The notes beneath the pieces were generated by a model. The model saw only the letters and a list, made by a program, of their open reading frames with translations. It was not told where the DNA came from and did not search any database. DNA of 64,000 nucleotides from Octopus vulgaris (Eukaryota), in NCBI GenBank assembly GCA_951406725.2, contig OX597815.1:40858001-40922000 (forward strand), given 5' to 3'. Below, piece after piece: positions 55,441 through 64,000 of this stretch. Position 1 is the stretch's first letter. Each line of letters opens with the position of its first letter. A program made the position numbers and the translations under genes.

Positions 55441-57149
55441 TTCATGTGATTGAATATTTTTTACTTCATTTTCTGTCGTCATCTTGGTTAGTTTAACCTC
55501 CATTGTATCATGTTGATACAAGTTGGGAAACAGAACAGATTATTCCATAAATGCCTACCTTCCATTAACTTTTCTGAAAGGCAGTAATATGATAGCTTAC
55601 AACAGTTGCAGGTGTACTTGAGTAATACATGTTAACACTGATGACACATTATTCAGGATAATATTGTTTTCTTGTTTTTGCTTATTACATCTTATATACC
55701 ATCATCATCATCATTATCATTTAACGTCTGTTTTCCATGCTGGCATGGGTTGGACAGTGTGATGGGATCTGGCAAGCTAGAGGACCGCTCCAAGCTCTAT
55801 CTTTCTATATCTATAAAATTCACTGTCTGTGTGTGTGTGCGTTTCCTCAATGCATGGCCAAACTGTTGGATCAATCTGTACCAAATTTGGCATGAAGGTT
55901 TTTCACTACTTGAGGAAGGTTCTGGGGGTGGGATTTGGGACCTTGCCCATATAGGGGGCTTTAGCCCCTTTCCCCATACGACCCTTCTGATTTTTGTTTT
56001 TCAGCAGATTCCTATGTTTTCTATGACGGAGATTCAAAATATGGAAAAGAACCATGTTTTCAAAATTTTAAATTCCCCTCACCCCAAATTAAAAATTTTT
56101 AACTCTTTTCAAATTTTTTTTCAATCCATGTGGTAAAATATGGAGATTAAGAATATGGAAAAAATATATCTTATTTCAAATTTTCTATGAAGATCTCCAA
56201 AACTGATCCATATACCCCTCCCTGACTCATCCCGTTGTCTAAAACTGAAAACGAACAGCTAAATATCTGGAAATTTTCTGTGTTTCTGCATGCGTATATG
56301 CAACAATTTCTATAGTTTATGTGAATGAACAGGGAAAGTAAATAGACAGGTATGTTTTACATACCTGTCATACGTCGCTTTTGATTTTTTTGCTTTAAAG
56401 GTAAACAATTCTGACAGAAGCAAACATGATATTGGATAATTCTTTGTCATATGTCTATCACCCCACCACTTTTTTTAAAAGTAAAGATAAATGCTTTTTA
56501 ATTGTTATAATGAAACAAAGGGTTTAGTCCTTACTGATAAAAATTAATTTCTCTTGCAAAAGAGAAAGCATTTACACCAACACTTTCACACAAAGGCTGG
56601 TTGCTGATAAACATAATTGTAACTGGATAAAAATTTGGTAAATATTTACAATAATACCACACTCACTAATTACTAACCCTAAACCATAAATTTGTTTACA
56701 GCAGGGACAGTACAGTTGCAGGGGGCCTCTGTGAAGAATTGGAATTATCATAATGTAAAACTTAAAATTCAATGTTACACGCAACTTACGTAATTTTCAG
56801 AAGGAAAAGAAACAGTAAAGTTTCTAAATAACGAAAGATCTTTATATGGACGCATGTCATGTTGAAAACTCTTATTATATTGATATAACTCATTCATTCA
56901 TTTGGTCCTTTAAGCAATATACACTGTAGGATATCTTTCAATTTTTATGATAAACTTTATTAATTTTAAAGTCAATATTCCTGTGACATAAGTTAGAGAT
57001 ATTGGCATGAGTTACTCAAATAATTGTTTGTGGAATGGACCAAATAAAATTAGCTACAGTACACTTGATATTTCATGTTTAAATCTGATGTGACTATTTC
57101 TACTTGGATAGGGATTAGAAAATGTTATATCATGATAAACTTCCAATAC

Positions 57150-57615
57150 ATAAATAATGAGGTGACATACTACCAGATGGCATGCTACATTAGCAGCAAT
57201 GAAACAGCCTGGAGATTGTTTAATTTTCTGCTGCATGAACAGCATCCAACTGTTATCCATCTAGCTGAACATCTAGAGAATGGCCAGTGAGTCTACTTTA
57301 ATCCAGACAATCCACAAGATCCCCAGCAGCAACTTGAAGCTCCAGGTTCAGCAACATTGACTGCTTTTCTTGAGCTTTGTAACACAGATCCATTTGCTTC
57401 TACTCTTTTGTACCAAGAAGTCCCTCAATATTACACATGGCAACAGACCACTAAACAATGGAAGAGATGTGCTCTTGGTTAGACTGTTGAAGGGCATCCA
57501 GGCATCAAGAGTGATTCAGCTTTGGGAAGGATCTACCCTGTGCATCCCAACAACTTTGAGTGTTATTTCTTGAGGTTTGTTTTGCACACAGTCAGTGGTC
57601 CAAAGAGTTTCCTAG
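57150..57615 (+). pseudogene. Helitron Rep/helicase fragment
   Basis: YISSNETAWRLF..HPTVIHL..HLENGQ*VYF..TLTAF..LLYQEVPQYYTW..LGRIYPVHP..ECYFLR, with in-frame stops. A Helitron-like 5' end (TCTATATCTATAAAA) lies at ~55804. Confidence 0.8.
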
Positions 57616-58649
57616 ATCTGAATATGACAAAAAAATGCGCGCTCGAGAAAAGGGGGTAGGGGAGAGGACTCAGAAAATTCACATCGTGAATGTTCCGGGT
57701 CTGACCTGGGCACAAAAACAAAAAAACATTAGTGTAATAGGTTTAAAACAACTTGCTCTAAACGAATATGACAAAAAAAAAAAATGCACGCTCGCGAAAG
57801 TGGGGTGGGGGAGAGGACTTAGAAGATTCACATCTTCAGTCCATGGCCTTTAAACTATAATGTTTGACCCGGGCCGGAAAAAAAGAAAAAAAAGTGTAAT
57901 TGGTGTAAAACTACTTGTACTAAACAATTATCAAGAACATACACGCACACACACACATACACACAGACAGAGAAATGGTTGGTTCACTGCAACATTTAAA
58001 TCTCTTTTCAATGTTGATATTTTTGTCACTTTGAAACTGAGACTTGTTCACTGACAAAAGAGATGCAGCATGAGTTTTTGTCAGGGGTTTGCCATGGTTT
58101 CAAAGACACAAAAAATTTAGACACAAACGAAATTAGAATTTTGCAGTGAAACTAGTGGCTTTTGTTGTTCTGGAATTGCTTACAAACATCTTATACGCTG
58201 CAAATTCTCTTAAATAGTCAACCTTACTCTGCCCCTATTTACAAAACTTGCCACTCTTTTTCATTTTTTAAATTCTTTATGCAGACAGTTTGTGTTATCA
58301 AATTCTCTTTAACATACATTTAAATTATTATGTTATAGAAATAATTATAACCTCTGTGTTGCACATTTCTTGAGTACAAACAGCAAGTCCATTTCTTGGG
58401 TATAAACAAGCAGTCCATGTTTTAGGTATAGACAACAAAATTACAACTTATTATCTTCAGACCTGGCTGAGGTTTGCACCATCTCAATCAGGCATTTCTT
58501 ACCATTGTCTCTCTTCTTCTCTAAAAATTATGCTCAATCCTTCCCTGAATGGTATCACTCTGGAGCTTCTCTACCCATGTCTTTACAGCACATGTTCACT
58601 TGCAATGACTTAGAACACATTGAATGGTATAATCTTTGGTACACCATTC

Positions 58650-59010
58650 TCTTCTACTTGTTTCAGTCATTGGACTGCAGCCATGCTAGGGCTTTGCCTT
58701 AAAGGATTTTACTCAAACAAATCAACCCCAATGCTTATTTTTTTAAACTCTGGTACTTATTCTGTTGAACTTTTTACTGAACTGCTTAGTTACAGGGATG
58801 TAAACAAACCAATGCCAGTTGTCAAGTAGTGAGGGTGGGGTACAAAGACACACACACACACACACACATACAACAGACTTCCACAGTTTCTATCTACCAA
58901 ATTCTCTCACTGGGCACTGGTCAGCCTGGGATCAGGTAGAGTAGAAGGCACTTGTCCAAAGTGCTATGCAGTGGAATTGAACTTGAAACCATCTTAATCA
59001 CATAGCTATG
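58650..59010 (-). mobile_element. SINE family 1 (diverged)
   Basis: Homology to 47077-47492. Confidence 0.65.
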
Positions 59011-59400
59011 TCTGACAAAAAGAAAGAAAACCATTAAGATGGTCATGGCTAGGCTACCTTTGGTTCATAAGTTAACTTGATTTGAGCAAACTTTCTGGCT
59101 AAACCACAACATGAAAAGATCAATGTAGCCCATAGCCAAACAACCTCCCTTCTTTTTGTTAGGGAGATTTTAAACACAAGGGTCACTCTTTGGGGGAGGT
59201 CTTATTTCTTTACTGTTATGGATATCGCATTTTTCTTATTTTTTTCTGCTGACTTGTATTATATAGTCTTTGACTCAATTCAGCAGTGCCAAACCAAAAG
59301 TATAGAAACTATTATTTCACTTCAATGGTGTTGGTTAATGTATTGATATTGATATTAATAACTTCACCACACACACACACACACACACATTCAACTCCAT

Positions 59401-62015
59401 AATAATAATAATTAATTCTTTTTTATTGGCCACAAGGGCTGACACACATGATTAGTAAACATAAAGGGACAAAACAGGATGAAAGGTTACAAAGGGTTTT
59501 GTCCGTTTGTGAAAAAATCCGAGTAAAAACAGTTCAACAACGAAAGATTATAACAATGAAAATCTCCCAAAAGGGGGAGGCGTTACGAAAAGTTCCTGGT
59601 GGAAAAAAACCCATAAAAGCCAATGGGAGCCTGGTCAAAAAAGGTGGGTAGAGAGCCCCTTTCTCCTTTTATAAAACCTTTTTCAATCACAGGTGAAACT
59701 TGAGAATTGGTCCATTTATACTGGCCATTCTTGCACAATTCACCCACCTTTCAGAAAACTTGCTATCGGTCAGCACTCTCCTCTCTAACCTCATCTTCCT
59801 TTTCAAGTGAAACTTGAAAAAGTTGATGAGGCCTTGACCAAAGAGGAAAGTGTCTGACTTTAGCCCTTTCAAACGGGTCCACCATACAACCTCTTTCGCC
59901 ACAGGAAAACGGCCTCGCCCTCCTATTAAAGGAGGTCGGCGGGGCAATCTTCACTATGGATTCGGCTGATAGCCGGATCCGTCCTACACGTGACAGTAAC
60001 TGTTCAACATAAACCCATAGTTCAGCAATACTCGGGTACTGGACGAGTGCGTGCAGAACGGTTTTGTCGTCCTGGCAACACCTCAGGCAGGCCCGGCTGA
60101 CGGCACTTCTGTGCCGGTAGAGTTAATCCCAAACAGGCAGAGCCCCTCGGTAGCACTGCCTCTGGAAATTGTCCATTGGCCCCGGCCTGAAAGTCCTCCC
60201 AAACAGACCGCTCAGTTCGTTATCGTCAACGCCTAGAGTTTCCCCGAGAACGTCGTCGCATTTTTCCTCCACTAACCCTCTATAGAACGCAAGAGTGGAG
60301 CTGAAACCGATCGCATTGCCCGCCTGGCGGAGGGCGGAGAGAGCTTGACGGCACTCGAGGTGCCAAACGCCCTTTCTCGGTCTACGTTTGATCCAGGTCT
60401 GCAGCTCTGTCAAAGAGACGAGCTGCGGAAAGTCGCGTCTGACAAAAGACGACCACACCTGTTCACCGTCTAGGAAACGCTTGAGATATCGCAGCCTGAG
60501 CGCATGTCTGCGCATCAGTAACCACGGCATGCCAAGGCCTCCGTTCAGCGGTCATTGACAGCAGATGGATCGCCTGACCAGTGGCACCTGACCTTTCCAC
60601 AAAAAGTCGAAGAGCAGGCGTACCAGCTTGGCCAACCAGTGGTCGGGACAAGGGACGACGGTCAAGCGGTAATAGATGACGGATGCGATGTACGCATTCG
60701 CCACCTCCGCTCAACCTTTCAGGGACAGCTTCCTCTCGGCCCATTTCTGGGTGAGACGTGCCACCCTGCTCATCACCTCTTCCCAGATTTTATCCACCTG
60801 GAGGTCCGGACCGAACCAGACCCCGAGCAGTTTAACGGGTCCATCTGTCCAGTGCCCTACGACGCTGTTGGACGGCATGGGCTTGCCTCTCCAGATGCCC
60901 AGTTGCAAGCCCACAGACTTTTCCGCATTAATCTTTGCCCCTGTCACCGCTTCGTACTCGTTTAGTGTCTCGCCAATCAGGCCAATGTGCCTGTGGCTCA
61001 ACACCATCACGGTGATGTCGTCGGCATAGGCAGACACGCTGTTTCCGCCTCCTAGATCACGTGGGATACCCCTCAAAGCCTCCAACTTCCGCAGTAATGG
61101 CTCGAGAGTCAATATGTACAAGAGGGAGGAGAGAGGGCGTCCTTGGCGGACCAAACGCGAGATGTCAAACGGTTCCGAAAGGTGACCGTTCACCCATATC
61201 ACCGAGCAGATGTTGCTGTATAAAGCAGCGATCCACCCGCGGAAGACTGAACCGAAGCCGGCTGCCTTGAGAACAGCTGCCAGGTACCGATGGTCAACCC
61301 TATCGAAGGCTTTACTCTGATCTAAATTGATCAAAGCCCCACTCGCGCCAGCGTCATTACCCACCCTCTCTATGATGCAGCACATGAGATGGAGGTTGTC
61401 GTGTATTGACCTGGTTGGCACGGCGCATGTCTGCATCTTGTCCAGGACAAGCGCCAATCTCTTGGCTAGCACCTTGGCCAAAATTTTCAACTCTGCATTG
61501 AGCAGAGTGATGGGCCGAAAATTCCCTATAACGTCCCCCTTGTTTGGGTCCTTCTTTAGCAAAGCCACCACCCCTCAACAGACAAAAGCAGGAATTCTCC
61601 CATTTTGCTGCCAGTTGCAGTAGACGTTTGCCAACAGGCCCGCAAACAAGTCTGGCATTGAAGTGTAAAGCTCGTAGGGCAGACCATCCAAACCCGGCAA
61701 TCTACCTCTCGTGCAACTCTTCATCGCTTCCTCCACTTCCCAGGCAGATATTGGTCCTTCGCAGCACTCTGCCTCGCTGTTCGAGAGCCGTGGTAGGCCG
61801 ACCAGGTACACACCGATGTCTGTACCGTTGGTGTCCGTTCCACCGCTTGTCGTCCCAAACAGTTGAGCAAAGTGCCGCTGAAACACAGCACACATCTGCT
61901 TCGGTTCGGTAACCTTGCGCCCATTCTGGTTCACCGAATGGTTGCTTTGTTGCCTCGCTTCGCCTCCGCCATGCGGGCCCATCGAGCGGCTCTGGTCCCC
62001 ACCCCGCTTAGATAC
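59401..62015 (-). mobile_element. 5'-truncated Tx1/L1-like LINE (RT and C-terminal zinc knuckle, disrupted)
   Basis: PGLDGLPYELY, NFRPITLLN..KILAK, LDQSKAFDRV, RQG.PLS, AYADD and GGLGMP motifs. AATAAA and an (ATT)n tail, with several stops and frameshifts. Confidence 0.9.
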
Positions 62016-62134
62016 TAAAGATGGTGCTATGGCCTTATCTTTGATATCTTTCTTGCTTATTTAAATTCAGTTCAATGCACACTTGCCTTGAACCAACCAT
62101 TTCTCTTTGTGTGTGTGTGTGTGTGTTCTTGATA

Positions 62135-63480
62135 ATCGTTTAGAACAAGTTGTTTTACACCTATTACACTATTTTTTGTTTGTTTTTGTGCCCAGGTCAG
62201 ACCCTCAGATGCTTTCGGAAATTCACGATGTGAATTTTCCAAGGCCTCTCCCCCACCCTACTTTCGCGAGCGCACATTTTTTTGTCATATTCGTTTAGAG
62301 CAAGTTGTTTTACACCTATTATACTATTTTTTCTTGTTTTTGTGTCCGGAAATTCACGATGTGAATTTTCCGAGTCCTCTCCTCCACCCACCCCCTTTCC
62401 CGAGCGCGCAATTTATTTGTCATTTTCTTTTGGAGCAAGTTGTTTTACACCTATAACACTATTTTTTTTTGTTTTTGTGCCCGAGTCAGACCCGCAGACG
62501 CTTTCGGAAATTCACGATGTGAATTTTCCGAGGAATCTCCCCCACCCCCTTTCGCGAGCGCGAATTTTTTTTTGTCATATTCGTTTAGAGCAAGTTGTTT
62601 AGCACCTATTACACTTTTTTTTTTGGTTTTTATGACCGGGTCAAACGCTTTAGTTTGACCCTTTTTTCTCCTAACAAAAATAAGGGATTTATAGTACATT
62701 AGGCATTTGTAATGCATGTCATTTGAAAGGTATTTATATACAATTTCATTAAAATATATTTATTTTCCTCAAAGTTATGGGCGAAAACCTCGGATCATGT
62801 GAAATTTTTGAAGTTCTCTCCCCACCCTCTCGGAAAGATTTTACCCACAAATTTCTTTATAACCGTAATGTATGCAGTCTGCAAGGTATTTATATAAAAT
62901 TTCATTAAAATTTCATCCTAAAAGTTACGAGGGAAAAATTTGGATCTTGTGAATTTTCCGAAATCCTCCACCCTCATTGCTTTCTGCGCATTTTTGTTTT
63001 CATATTCGTTTCCTACACTTTTTTTAAAACCCGTTGCACTATTTTCCCCCATTTCTGGGTAATATTGTAAACATTAACCATAAAACGCTCAAAAAAATTA
63101 TTTCCAAGTGAAATCGAGACTAGAAAGGGGATTTCCGAGGTTCCACCCCACCCCCCCCCGTCCGTTTTCCGAGGAAAGAATGCATTTTCGACAGTTCACG
63201 AGGTCAACTAAGATGATTGCACCCCCCAAAAACCGCGGGGAAAAGTTATTTAGCATCGAAATCGTGTCTAGTGGGAAACTATAAATTTACTTGAACCGGT
63301 TACATCAGACAAACAATATTACAGAGGAAAGCAAAAATCATAAAAGGAAATAATTACAAATTTTAGGTGAAAGGAAGTGTGTTAAAAAACAACTGCGGTT
63401 TTCACAAATTGTACAAAAATATGAGATGCATAGAAACAGTAGTAGACTTGTCCGACAGTATGTTGAAGTTTCGGAGTACC
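62135..63480 (-). repeat. Dispersed composite repeat with GAGGACTTCGGAAAATTCAC subrepeats
   Basis: 62135-63090 is an inverted homologue of 57615-57930, 13010-13200 and 13740-13990. Its right end (63290-63470) matches 10165-10335. Confidence 0.65.
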
Positions 63481-63881
63481 GGTTGCTTACACACGCTTTT
63501 GAACAAATGGAATAGGAAACGTCTTACCTGTTTGAACGTACATGTAAACACTATTGTTGTGATAGCCTTTCTCCATATACATATGTGTGCGTGGGCACAT
63601 GCGTATTTGTGTTTGGGAAGTCCCCGCCACTATAAATAACTTGGTAAGAACAAATAATAGCGATGATGAAATAATAGTGTTTGAAAGTCCATTTCATTAT
63701 GACTTCGAGAGAGAAGGTATGAGTTGATGTGTGTGTGTGTGAGAGAGAGAGGGAAAGTGTGTGTTGCTGTGTGTGTTTGACAGAGAAAAAGAGAGAGATA
63801 GCGTGAATTTTATTCATTTACTTTTTCTCACAATTTTTTAGTGTATGACAGAGAGAGAGAGAGAGAGAGGCGTTACGCTAT

Positions 63882-63919
<38 letters not shown>

Positions 63920-64000
63920 CAATGACTCAAAATGAAGTGAGGAAAAATAAAAAATATGTACGCTGTCACTTTCTCTCTCACACCTCTCTCTCTCTCTCTC

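Overview
This is a eukaryotic, repeat-saturated genomic window. The SINE and LINE families and long (TA)n tracts strongly suggest an octopod cephalopod (inference). One host gene is supported: a minus-strand inhibitor-of-apoptosis (IAP/BIRC-like) gene with five phase-compatible coding exons (54660 to 31707). It encodes four BIR repeats and a UBA-like domain, with no RING exon seen. The rest is transposon debris: RTE, CR1/L2-like, Tx1/L1-like and R4-like LINE fragments, tRNA-headed SINEs, Helitrons, Tc1/mariner and Merlin-type MITEs, a non-autonomous LTR element and a solo LTR. There is also a 100-N gap beside probable base-calling artefacts. The most striking signal is about 20 type-I hammerhead ribozyme (HHR) motifs from roughly nine non-coding repeat families, mostly embedded in (TA)n. 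These include near-identical tandem arrays of 535-bp and ~475-bp HHR-bearing monomers with inverted segments, an architecture typical of Penelope-like pseudo-LTRs and non-LTR retrozymes. Core variants include U4C, A6U and a G3-C8 compensatory swap. All structures were folded by eye and no searches were run.
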